A stretch of DNA of 64,000 bases from Chrysomallon squamiferum (Eukaryota > Animalia > Mollusca). The translations under genes were made by a program, and so were the position numbers. This document shows positions 1 through 12,800 of this stretch, piece after piece; positions within the stretch are counted from its first letter, which is position 1, and each line of letters begins with the position of its first letter. The DNA lies in the NCBI GenBank assembly GCA_012295275.1, contig CM022679.1:11532001-11596000 (forward strand). Reading direction: 5' to 3'. The notes beneath the pieces were generated by a model, which had not been told where the DNA came from, did not search any database, and saw only the letters and a list, made by a program, of their open reading frames with translations.

Positions 1-154
1 TCCATCAGGCCAATACTATAACCAAGTATTTAGATGAAACTTAATTAGATTGACACAATCTTTTGACACTAGTAGCTAACTATTGAATGTAAGTCTTACT
101 ACAGAATGTTTATAATGACACATAGACCATACTGTACCATAGAACTGCTGAGAC

Positions 155-187
<33 letters not shown>

Positions 188-194
188 CATGTAC

Positions 195-298
195 CTAAAT
201 GTATCAAAGACTCTTGGATCTAAACTACCTTTTCGCATATGTAAGCAGCTTGATACGCCGCTTGGTAATCTAAGTTTAGCACGATCACTTACAGACAT
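195..298 (-). CDS. Candidate first coding exon of an unidentified gene continuing beyond the left edge (MSVSDRAKLRLPSGVSSCLHMRKGSLDPRVFDTF...)
   Basis: ATG at 298, open frame with protein-like composition and an RKGS PKA-type site, ending at TTTAG|gtacat (phase 2). Candidate upstream non-coding exons lie on the same strand (2829-2899 and ~3431-3525). No family recognised. Confidence 0.4.
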
Positions 299-2011
299 TG
301 GTATCCGCGTAAATTTTATGGGTGGTGGAAAAGCAAAACATGTTGGCAACAAAAACAAAAAAGATGTATATCCAAAAGCCGTTTCTGTTTGATTTGACTA
401 AAACAATCTTTTACATTTCCATTTTGACAGAAAGTAAACGAATGGCTGAAAAGATTGTAATCATTTGTTATTTCAGTTTTAGTTTTTTTTTTTTTTTTTT
501 TGTATTTCGTATTCATACTTAAAATACATAAAAATGCTTTCTTTTGTTTGTAAATATTCTTATATATTATATTTTCTACTCTGTAAACATTCATGGATCT
601 CAGCAATGACCATGAAAATCAAAAACTTTTTTCACAGATTTTCTTTTAATAGACAGGTAATTTCAAAGCCATTTTCAATATTCATTTATTTACTGGTTTT
701 CCCTTGATAATTTGCAAAAGATCATTAAGTTCACATACCAGTTATTGTTCAAATCCCCCTTTCTTAAATGTTATCATTAATGTGTATAAATCCATTAACC
801 GTCATGCTTTTTTTACAAGATGTGACTAAAAATACCCAATACACTAAGACATCCAGGAAATACAGATAACGGTTTGCACGCTCGCTGAAGGCCGAGTGGA
901 AACAAAATCTATTTACATCAGCGTTTGAAGATCTTAGTAAGACAAGATGATAAACAAATGGGTCAACGTTTGAATTAATCACATCATTATGTCAGTGAAC
1001 ATAAACATGTCGATGGCGAACGAACTTGTTAGTGCACTGGTTTTTTGCTGTTAGATACACGGGTTCTCGTGGTGCGCTGTTTTGGAGGTCAAACTGGATT
1101 TTTTTTTTTTTTTTTTTCCCCTAAATCCCATTTAAACGTACTTTTTAAACAAAAACCTCAGTCACTAATATATTTATTAACAGATAAACGAAATAAAGTA
1201 CGAAATTAATTAAAGAGAGAAAGAAAGAGAAATCAAATTTCTAATATCAGAACTAGCTTATAAGGTTTTTAAATACATAATAACATTTGTTAACCAACTT
1301 ATAAAAATATATTTCAGTTGTGGTAAATTATGTTTATATAATGAGATGCATGAAAGTCCCTGTAAAGTTATTACTAATAAAAAAAAAAAAAAAAAAGTAT
1401 TCCAAATTAAAACAACGGTCATCAGTTAATATGATCCAGTTATCGGTTATCTATATGAAATAAAAGTTCTCCACCTTGTTTTATATGTCTTAATTTCAAA
1501 ATGTTCAAATGTTATTTCATATATATGCAACAAATATATGGCTGAATTATAACTTTCTGTTTCTCATTCCTTTCGTTTATCAATTGTAAAAACGTTCTTG
1601 TCTCCATATGAAGTTATTAAAAGATCCCTTGATGCATGGCGATTAGTGGTTCATACTGTTATTACCTCGAACGTAAAGTATGTATGACGCTGTGCTGTAA
1701 CCTTTTATTTAAAATGTGCTAAGTCCGTCTTAAAATACAATATTTCTTCCTTCCTTCTTTCCTTCCTGTTCGGCAAAACAGTTGAAGTTAAAGATCATTA
1801 TATAAATTTGTTTTAAGCTCTTATCTGTCTTTCAGTGCGAAAATATTATTACATCTAATGATGAAGATACGATGATGGTGATAATGATATGGAAATGATA
1901 AGAACAATAATATAAACAACAAGTGTAAATAAATAAATAATAACATCTAGAGTCTTTTTCTAGATATTATCTTAATTATCTTGATTTTTTTTGTTTGTTT
2001 GTTGTTACTCT

Positions 2012-2044
<33 letters not shown>

Positions 2045-2828
2045 ATTTACAATAATTTAAGCGTTCGCAGTATCAGCGAGTGAAGGACATATGCAAATTA
2101 CTAAGCTATCGATGTCACGCGTAAACGAATTTAGAGCGACCCTGAAATTCGTTTTGTAGTTCAAATACTAGCACATTTACGACGCTTGATGTTTTGCATT
2201 GAAATAGAATTTAAATGCGTAGTACCCCAATTGTGACAGCATGAAAGTACGGAAAAGTGTCCTCTGTTGACCCATTTCATATTGTTTTTTTTTTTGGTAG
2301 CGCATGTTTAAACCTGGTTAGTTTAAAGAAACTGGGAAAACAATATCTGTATTGTGACGAAAAGATAAGAAATTTTATTTTATTTTATTTACTTATATTT
2401 ATATGTCGGTGAATGGTATATAAATCTCTCTCTTTCTCCCTACCTATCTCGCATAACCAGCTGAAAAATAGTAATTAAGGAGATTCAAATGTTAATTTAA
2501 TAAAATTCTATGTTTAACGGCAACTATTAATCAAACACTTTTAAACACCTAACGTATTAAATTAAGTTTAGAAAAAAAAAAAAAAAAAAAAAAAAGTTTG
2601 ATTTGTTGGCGTGTAAATGGAAGAAAGGGTGAAAAAAAAACAAAAAAAATTTTCTTCAACCTCTACCGGTGATGGCTTCCCTTCTTCCCCTTTCAGTGAA
2701 CTCTGAAGGAAATACAACAGTGTTCTACTTACTCAACACATACAAATCTTGGTGTACGTCTTTAAGCAATTACACGAGAAAACATTGTAGCACACAGATG
2801 TTCAGAACATCACGGAATATAGACTTAC

Positions 2829-2899
2829 ATTCAGCCTTTTAAAGGTACTATATCGCTTTTCCAGATTTCAACACGTAATTATTCAGTGTCAAACACAAC
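2829..2899 (-). other. Candidate non-coding (5'UTR) exon
   Basis: On the minus strand: long poly-T/pyrimidine tract followed by ctgcag| acceptor and a consensus donor aat|gtaagt. 71 nt, with stops in all three frames. Confidence 0.45.
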
Positions 2900-2922
2900 C
2901 TGCAGCTTTGGTGAAGAAAGAG

Positions 2923-2956
<34 letters not shown>

Positions 2957-3539
2957 CCCATTCTGAGAGAGGGAGAAAAGAAAGGTGCTTTATTTGACAG
3001 CCAGCGGAATAAGGAAAAGAAAATCCAAATTCTTAAACAAAATGAAAAAACTATCAAGAGAGGTTAGAAAATAATGCCCATATAGGTCAGCAAATGTATT
3101 TAGTATAGAAATTAACCCGAAGATGAGGTTGGAAGATGAGTTTAAGACGTATTTTTAATCTACGATAATGTGGTATCATACAACTGTGTAAACACCAAAG
3201 AGATAATGAGGCAGGAAACGTGCTGCTGCCACATTTTGAATACACTTTTTTTATTATTAGCATATATATATATATATATATATATACATACAGACGCACA
3301 AACACACATACAAACACACACATACACACACCTTCCCTTAGTAAGGGAAACGTCATTCAATAAACCAGAACTGCGGCACTGGCTGGAACGAGAAATAGTC
3401 GAGTGATTAATCATGCGACTTAAAGTGTACCTTTCGTGATTCATATTTCAAAGCTATGCTTTATTTGTTTTTGTCCGTCCAGTTTTAATTAATAAAGAAG
3501 TATAACAATCAAAGAGTACAGTTAAAAATACATCCGGGT

Positions 3540-3700
3540 GCCACCATTTTTTCTATAGTCGTGACGTCATCGCGTACAGAACGAACCAGTTGTATTCGGT
3601 TTCTTTAAGCGTTGGCGGAAAAAATGCCGCTACCATTAGGCCCTGTATATATTTAAATCACGTCTTCATTTTTAAAAGAGCAAAATGGCGAAGCTCTAGT
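3540..3700. promoter_or_regulatory. CpG-containing promoter-like island with a perfect CRE
   Basis: Palindromic TGACGTCA at 3562-3569. TATAGAAA lies next to it on the minus strand (~3550-3557). TATATATTTAAA (~3646) and AAAATGGCG (YY1-like, ~3682-3690) lie on the plus strand. Confidence 0.5.
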
Positions 3701-4771
3701 ATTTATTGTCTAACAGAATTATAGGTCATTCAAAACAAATAAAACTTGTAAGTTCATATTGGCACTGCTAAGCTTTCATTTTAAAAGATAAATATTTAAT
3801 GTTTCCTTTCACGAATCATAACATTCTTGGATTTCCTTTGACTGTTTGTCACAGATTGTTTAGCTAAAGTTATAGTATCTCTATAAATGCCATTCTACGA
3901 TATTTTTATTCATTCATTCATTTATTTAATCTTTATAATATGGGATTAGATATTCTGAATGATGACATCACACCTCTCTGGTACTACCAGTTTTAACCGA
4001 TGATCTCAGAGAGAGGAAAACATTTCTTCCCTAATAACGACTCTTGAACCACCTCCGAATATTTCGTTAACTAATTTAATCTCTCTCTAATAACATTTCG
4101 TTTTTATCGTGTTGGAAGATACTCCGAGTGAGAGATAATTTCATTTAAAGAAACCCATAAAACGTACCACTAACTTCGAGCTTTTAAATTGCATTACTAC
4201 AAGGGGAAAAAAAGTATTCAGAAGTGAAAGGAGCACCACTTAAATATAGTTACAAATAACCGACGTTTCCTCAGACTAATAAATAGTTATGTTGGTATTA
4301 ATTCATAGTGGCAATTTCCGAGTGAAGTGCAAAGTACTCATTATATATATACAAGTTGCATAAGTCTGAAAGCAAATTCTTTTTATGCTTTTTGACTTCT
4401 CTTGAAATTGGGTTTTGTCGTAATGTTTGTTGGCTGTGTGACTCTTGCAAATTAGCTGTAATAATCTTTCTGAATGGCACTGACATTTTGAACGTTTTAA
4501 CATAGTGGATCAAAGATCTTTGCATAATCGCCAGGGAATACAAAATTAAAGATGTTAAGTTATTTTAAAGATAAACTTATATACATTGTTGTTTTAAAAG
4601 ATATGTGGAAAAATTACTTTCCTCATGTTCATTCCTTTTATATTTAAAAATTTCAATATTTCTTACAGTATTATTAAAATAATGAAATAATCCAAGTGAC
4701 TGTTGAGAATATTATTCATTCAGTATTTATTTGTGCCTGCCTACCTATCTATCTTGGGTATATCTGTCTGT

Positions 4772-4772
4772 G

Positions 4773-4813
<41 letters not shown>

Positions 4814-4816
4814 GTA

Positions 4817-4859
<43 letters not shown>

Positions 4860-4920
4860 GTATATGTAGGTTTCTCTGTCTAACGGATTGTCTATCTGTC
4901 TTTCTATCTATCTGTCTATC
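4772..4920. repeat. Compound (TCTA)n/(TCTG)n microsatellite
   Basis: Read directly; explains spurious ORF 4703-4981. Confidence 0.95.
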
Positions 4921-5964
4921 AATCGATCGATCTATCTCAGTACTTGTTAAACTGGTGAACGGCTCACCCAAAGGTAAATGAAAGTATAGAAGGAGAGTAA
5001 GTAAACTGAGTCGCGGGTGAATGTAATTTTGTGATAAAGACTCAAAAGTGAAATAGTTTAAGAAGCACTGATCAAGCTTTCTCTTGTTTCATTACTTCAT
5101 TTCATCATTTCTTCTTTCTTACATAATTACTGCTTTTACCAAAGAAAATCAACAATAAAATAACATTAATTTCTGAATGAAAAAATAAAAAAATTTAAAA
5201 AAATAAATAAGTAATAACATATTTACCTGTAACTCCTAACAAGCAGGTGCTAACAACTGTTATCCACAACACAGATTTCATTGTGACAAAATACAAATAA
5301 ACTGTCACAAAAGTTAAGTGTCAAATTCACACAAATCTTATTTGACAGTTAGTCACTGATGATACGTTAAATCGTTCAATACATCCAACTGTTCATCAGC
5401 ATCAGAAAGGTTTTTTTTTTTTTTTAAACAGCGTTTCTGCAAGCTCACAACCAATTTCTTATAACGATCAGCTGTTTTTTGTGGAGAGGTCTAAATTGCG
5501 GAAATTCCCCACATACAATGCACGGAATCTGATATTTAGTAATCGTCAATACCTCTGGCATGCCTCCGCCTATCAGCACCCACACACTCATGTCAGTCAA
5601 ACTGCTAACAAACAGCAAATAGCCGATGAGCTTTGATTATAAACAAGTATAAGCGGAAGCCATCACAGTCCTATTTAATAAATCTCATCTCGCAATTCAA
5701 GTCTTCTCTGTACAGGCAGGTGTTGGCTAAAGATTGCTTGCCGCGAGCACAAAACACTGTAGTCGCTAGTGACATCGATACTAATTGAATTTATCTAGTA
5801 TAAAATGAAAATCATTTTGGCTACTGTTGCGTCTCTATATGAATGACATCTTTGATATCTCATTCTGTCCCACAATCTTTCTCTTTGTATACTTCTGTTT
5901 TCTGTCTCACCTGCTCACTAATCCTTTTTTCACTCACAAAGAAGGCACACATACGTATATACTT

Positions 5965-5968
<4 letters not shown>

Positions 5969-6041
<73 letters not shown>
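5969..6041. repeat. (CT)n microsatellite
   Basis: Read directly. Confidence 0.95.
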
Positions 6042-6045
<4 letters not shown>

Positions 6046-7054
6046 CGTTATTTCCTTTCAGAATCGTTTCGATTCTTGAACAGAATAGTATTATTATTAT
6101 ACAGGAATATCGTACTACTTGCTAATACGCAAACACCTGCGTGTCAGCACGAGATGTACATACTCATACACACAAACACAAATTCGATTATCAAACTTAT
6201 TATATTAATCAAATAATATTACTAAAATATTAAAATGATCTAAATTCGAATTTTTCTTTCAGTTTAAACAACAACAGCAACAACTATTCGTCACTGTTAT
6301 TTTAGTCACTGATTTCAGTCACATTGTTCGTAACGTAATACTTTCTAGTGAAAATAAAAATAAAAATGTGTATTACGAATTATCATATTTCTGTATCGGT
6401 TCCAGTTTCAACTCAACTTTCCATCTGTTACGAGACAGGTGACTCTCCTAATCACAACACACATACTAGTAATTGTTACAGTTAGTGCAGTGAACAATAT
6501 ACCCTCGTACTCATGTGAAGAATACACGTTAATGCGTATTTACCGTTAATACCGGCAAACCCCGGAAACAGCAATAATTTTTCCGACAATGACAAAAACA
6601 TCTAGTGGCCCAGAACGTGCCTCGAAGAATTATCGTTTTTAGCATGTTACAGTTTCAACTTTTCTCATTCCATTTTCAGGAATGCTGGTACTAATTCTTC
6701 CAGCTGTAAAGACATTATTACTGAGCTGATTAGGCAAAACTTCTACACAGAATTTCTGGATTTTCAAATGACAGTTCTGGAAAAAACAAAGAAGAAAAAA
6801 TAATAATACTAACAACGTGTTACGAGCGTTTTTAATTTCTAATGATTTAATAATTCACAGTTTGGAATAACCTTAAAACTGTTCTCTGAAACAATGTTTT
6901 TAAATATTGGACATTTTTTCAGCAAAGGATTTTTCTTAAAGTCTGATATATTGATGGACTTTTCCACGGTGTTTCGGAAATTTACTCTCTGACATTGAGG
7001 AATTGTCCACATGGCGAAATGTATGTTTATCGTAACTGAAGAAACAATCAGCCG

Positions 7055-7205
7055 ATGATTCATGTTCTATGACGTCTTCACCGATTACTAGGCGAAAAAC
7101 ATTTCCCAGTTTCATAATCACACAAAAGATCACATATCAAAAACAATTTGCGATTAGACAATAGAGAAACTATAAGAGGGTAGTTTGAACCCGCGCTGAT
7201 GCAAT
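7055..7205 (+). promoter_or_regulatory. Candidate TATA promoter of the ANATO-like gene
   Basis: CRE-like TGACGTCT at 7070-7077, AP-1-like TGATTCA at ~7056 and TATAAGAG at 7171-7178. The predicted TSS at ~7200 would make ATG 7246 the first start codon. Confidence 0.4.
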
Positions 7206-7245
7206 ATTGTGATACTACAAATCAAAAGGACTTCACTTGTCATTC

Positions 7246-9775
7246 ATGGATTGCCACGTGGGATGGTTTTTCCAGATCTGTGCCATCTTCATCCGTTTTA
7301 CTGGTGTGTTCAACAGCCGTCCTTTCCGCATCATTCACCAAGGTAATTCATTACTTATGTTTCTGCTTCATCTTTTTTTTGTATCATATTTAAGAATAAT
7401 AATAATACTAACAACAACAACTACAACAACAAAAACAATTGCTATAACCGTTTCTGTTACTATTATTAAAAAAGACAAATCAAAAGCTACTACTAATACT
7501 ATTACTACTACTACTGTAACTACCACTACTGTTCCTGCTAATGCTGCTACTACTACCACTAATACTACTACGACTAATATTACTATTACTAGTGCTACCA
7601 ATGCTGCTGCTGTTATTACTACTACTACTACCACTATGCATTTTAATATTAATGGGGATAAAGTGCTGATAAAAATATGGTGGAATTATAACGATGATAT
7701 ACAAGAGCAAACCTGATGCTGGCAGTTGATAGGTTACTGTTTCTGATTAGCAGCATGGGATATCTACATACTCCTACACTGAAAACATATGCATTTGACA
7801 AACCTGCCATAGGCACTGAACTGATAACAGCTCAACACGAACGTTACGATCATTACTGTGTACCATTTCATTTGGTAGAGAACGGTTTCGTTTTATGGGT
7901 TATCGCAATTAATATTTTTATCTCATATGAGTTGTTGATATTAATTATCAGTGCGATTTTTGCAAGTTTGATAAAAAATAATCAATTAAAACATGTTAAC
8001 AGAACAGGTTGAACTATCAGTAAACCGACCGATTGTGCGTGCATGAATTACTTGTATATTTAAGTATTACATACACTTTAAATGACTGTCTTGTCTTTGA
8101 CGAAAGGTTATTTATATTTTAAATCTTGAACAGAAATCAAATTCCAAAATTCGGTTTTCTATTCAAGTAGTTAGATCATACTGAATTATTAACATGTTTA
8201 AATGTACACACACATAAACATCACACACAGACAGACGCACATATGCATATAAACTTACATAAATATATACATATATGCAATATACTTAAATAATCTATAG
8301 CTTAATAATCAAAAAAACATTCTTCTTTAAAAAACATGGTGAAACCTTCTCTAAGAACAAGGGATAAACAATATAATATGACTTTAGGAAATATTAATCA
8401 TTCGTTTACATAGGCTTTATGTTCCAGTCTCAATTGTTATACTTGCATTCGTCTTCATGTTAGTGGCTTTAATAAACACAAACTAGAAAAGAAAATGCAT
8501 TTTCTCTAGAAATTACTATATCTAAAGTTACACATTTTTCATTATTTTGTTACATTTAATAACACTGATATAAGCATAAAGAGCGAAGATATGTTGAAAC
8601 ATTACCCATTCTAGGCAGCAGTTCAGGACTAGAGTATCAAAGGACATTTATTATTATTCTATTAGCTTCGAGAAAGTGTAAATAATACACTGCTGCTGTT
8701 CAATAAGTGTTATTACAGTCATCCTGTTGCACACATGACAAAATCCATGACCAGTATCTAATAACAATAAATATAAATATTGCGGTGCAGTGTGTTTAAA
8801 TCATTTAAGTTCATAATGTGAAGAGCACCATGTACATAAACAGTTTATTTTCAACATTCAGTTTTTAAGCATCACGTTCCCTTTAAATGACCATCTTGCC
8901 TTTGACGGAAAGTTTATTTTCAATTTAAATCTTGAAGAGAAAACAAATAGCAAAATTCGATTTTGTATTCTAGTATTCAGGTGACGTTAAATTATTAACG
9001 TGTTCAAATGCATCTCTTAAATACATATAAATAAATAAAATAAATCATTTAAGAAAAATAATCAGTTGTTTGAGGAAGTTTTACAAATTAATATGAAGTA
9101 ATAATCTCTGCGTAACATAGAATTCTGAAAATGTGCGAAATGAGCTAAGAACGTTTAAAATTAGTTTCCCCAATTAACAAGATCTAATAAGCGTAATACA
9201 AGCTAATGTGCGTGCCAAGCGTATCACATCTCGTCAAGGTCATTCCAAAAGTGAAGAAAATAACACATAGTTGGAAACAGAGGCCTGTGTTCTATTTGCT
9301 GTGATCAAAATAAATACAATTACTGCAAGCCAGCTGTGAAAATTCTAATGCTAATCAAAGCGGAAAGATCGTTACGGCATTCCTGCCAGATATAGTAACA
9401 TCTATATTTGCTTTCTAATATTCATAAGCGCTCAATCATGGAATAATTGACACCATGCCACAGGACGCTAAATTGACAACATGTGTAGATTATTATTTAT
9501 TTTTTGCTAAAAAAGCAAAGAAAAAAAAAGAAGAAGAAGAAGAAAAAAAAGAAGAAGAAGAAAAAAAAAGAAAAGAATTAAGGTGGAAAAAAAATAGATT
9601 ATGATTCATGAAATTTGTTAACAATCTGAAAGACGCACTGTAGTGCGGACTTTGATACAGACCTAAAATTTGTATAAAAAGAGAAGTAGAGAAGGAAAGA
9701 AGGAAAAAGAGAAGATATAGCAAGAATTCAGTCTCTGTTTAAACATAACAGTAAGAAAAATATTTCATCTGAGCA

Positions 9776-9807
<32 letters not shown>

Positions 9808-9849
9808 TAGTAATAGTAGTGGTGGTAGTAGTAGTAGTAGTAGTAGTAA

Positions 9850-9886
<37 letters not shown>

Positions 9887-12800
9887 AGTAGAAGAAGCAA
9901 AATAAGTATTCAGCATGAGATGAATACGATTTTTTATTTATTTATTTATTTTTGAAAAGTCTTTAAAATATTTAACAGAAGTTTGATTTGATTACTGTAT
10001 TGGATTTAATTGGGCATTACAATGAAACTATAACAGAACTACCGAACCTCATCCACTCCAGTCTTTACAATGTATGTAATTTACAATATTTACAATGTAT
10101 CTTTGTATGTGACATATTATTTCAAATGTCTCATTAAGTTTTATATAAATTAGATGTAATCATACAAGATGAGGGACATAGGGACACACCACAGATCATT
10201 TATCCAAAGAAAATCATCACACATGATGACGAAGACTTTGTGACAAGTGGAAGTGGAATGAACATTATTCAAACCAGTAACGGTAGGTAAAATTATGTGC
10301 TAACTGCTTTCTGCTTGTTTCAATACGGAATTTCTTTACTAATTAATTTATCACAGTATTAAAACAGTAGTATCAATAGAAAGTGTTTTAATGTTTGAAT
10401 TTTTGATATCGAAATCATTAAACGAAAGAATAAACATACATGCATGTTTATGCACTTTCTCCGTGTCTTCAAATCGTACTGTGATTCAGAAACAAATATT
10501 TTCTGTTTTATTTAGCAGTCTTCTGTTTATTGTAAAAATACAGAAAAAGAATCGATAAATATTGCAACGACCACATGTTTATTAATTATCACATTCTATT
10601 TAAGCAAACAGATCAGTTATTTATAAGTAAACTCTAAACAAATTTAACTATCGTAAAAGTAATTCTAACAGTAGCTACAAGCAAACACTTAGTGTTTGTA
10701 TGGGGGTTTTGTTATTTTTTGGTATTTTTTATAGTTGTTTTTGTCGCTTCTTTTTTCTTTTCTTTTTCAATAAAAACGGTAATCTAATTAAGATTTCTAG
10801 AAAAAAAAAAAATTAAAACTGAAAAGAAGAAATGTCGGCCTGTTTTACTGTTATTATCAGTAATTAGAGCTTGAAAGAGAAAACTTTTCAAAAAAGTGAC
10901 ACAGGAAAGCTTTAATAAAACACGTGTGCGTTTAGTCAAACTATTTTCTGTCAGATGCCAATGCCATCTTCAGAATTCCTTTCTGACATTTCTGGTCGTG
11001 CCAGGTAGGTGTGCACTCCTCAATGTTTGCATTTTACTAAAATATACCTACGAATTTTAACTGGTGCTATCAGTTTATAACAGTTTTCTTACATCAACGT
11101 ATCTAAATAGTTTATTGTTATAACTGTTTATTAGCAAATATACTGTTTTAATAATAATAAGAAGAACAAGGAAGGAAGAAATAAAACACACATTTTTATC
11201 AATGTGTTATAGCGTCAAAAATCAGGTAATGAAAAAAAAAATGGCTACTCGTTTTCAAGTAGAAAATGATCTTTCATATTTGATAAAACAGAAATATGAG
11301 AGCGCAGAGCAGATACCATTCTGCGTCTAATTACGTCTTAGCCCAGTGTTTGAATAATAATAATAATAAATATAATAACAACAAAATTCATGTTTCTTTC
11401 CCAACTTAAAAAAATAAGAACAAACAACAATACATTTTTTTAACTCCTCTTCAGTGATCTGTCGTTTTATCTATTTTATAATTTTTTATGTCTTTTATTA
11501 ATATTTCTTATCATAAACACATTTATTTTACTGAAATAAACACGTTTATTACTACCGTCCGTTCGTGCATACATACAAAAGCCCCAAATCCTAAAATCTA
11601 TGATCTACTACCATAGGCTACTGTAAATTGTGTATTTACAAGACTTTTCCCTTAGAAAAAGGCATTCTGTATCTCAGAGCATCGATTTAAAAATGATTTA
11701 ACCAAATGGGTCCATCGAGGCGAAGCAATAACCTACGATTAATGGCACATAAGGCGAATCGACGGCCACTGAGTTAAGGAAACAAATGAACAGGTGGTTT
11801 TCCACTACCAGCAGATGGTGTTGTATTGACACCGCTGGCACGAGCAAGCCAAGAGCCAGCAGTAGAAGAAGGTAAAAAACAAACTGGTAGCAGGATAATA
11901 TTAGTGTTGCGCCGACTCGGAACAAGAACGTTATCTGTTGTAAACATCTACTGATAAACATAGTGCAGTGTTGCATCTGTTAAATGTTTCAAAGTATTCC
12001 AGCATCCGTTATCTCTTCTCTGAGGAATGCAATGTAGTTACAATGCCCGTTCTGGTATTTTTTTCATTCCTTCTGTCTCTCATTTCTTGTTGGCTTCTTG
12101 GTCTAATTAGAGCCTTAGTCTTTAAAGAAATACTCAGACCAAATGTGATGCCTGTATTGTATAAAGAAACGTGAATACTTATCGACTGTGAAATTAACTA
12201 CAACAACAAACAAAAAAAATAGTAATAATAATAATCATAATAATAACGATAATCATAAAAATCATAATAAATAAATAAATAAATATTATAAAGAAAACAA
12301 ATAGGATTATTTTTTTTTTTTTTTATTATTTACCGTTTTATTAATTAACTGTAGCTGAATGTCAATTTAAACCATGCTGTAATTAATATTATGGTGCTCC
12401 ATTACTATGTATTAACACACCACCCACACAATCAATTTTTTTAATAATAATAATAATAATAATAATAATGAAACTTAATTATTTTTCTAAAATATAGAAT
12501 ATTACTTAAATCTTAGTTTCTGTTTACCAAAATTTTTAAATCTTGTTCTCCAACTAACCAATATTTTTCTTTCTAATTCCTCTTCTTCTTTTTCTCTTTC
12601 ATCATCACCATCATCATTATCATCTTCTTCTTCTTACTATTATTACTATTATTATTCAGTTATTTTCATATGTACTTCCCATAAGCCTTTACAAGATCTC
12701 TGAAAACTTAAGACATGAAATACAGATTTTAAAATTTGTTTTTATAATTTGTAGGTCTGAAAAATGGGATGATTTCATGCTGCTTGTTGGGCAAACTCGC

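Noticed and set aside
4703-6216. ORFs 4703-4981, 5827-6216 and 5843-6043
   Set aside because: Products of (TCTA)/(TCTG)/(CT) microsatellites. The 33-nt exon-like stretch 4941-4973 (VLVKLVNGSPK, phase 1-1) has no identifiable upstream coding partner.
7343-7716. Mucin-like poly-Thr ORF continuation (7237-7716) and antisense poly-Val/Ser ORFs
   Set aside because: Trinucleotide microsatellite lying past a good donor at 7342; treated as intron.
11698-11976. Minus-strand hydrophobic 92-aa ORF
   Set aside because: No recognisable family or splice context; it is antisense to the candidate plus-strand exon 11794-11871.
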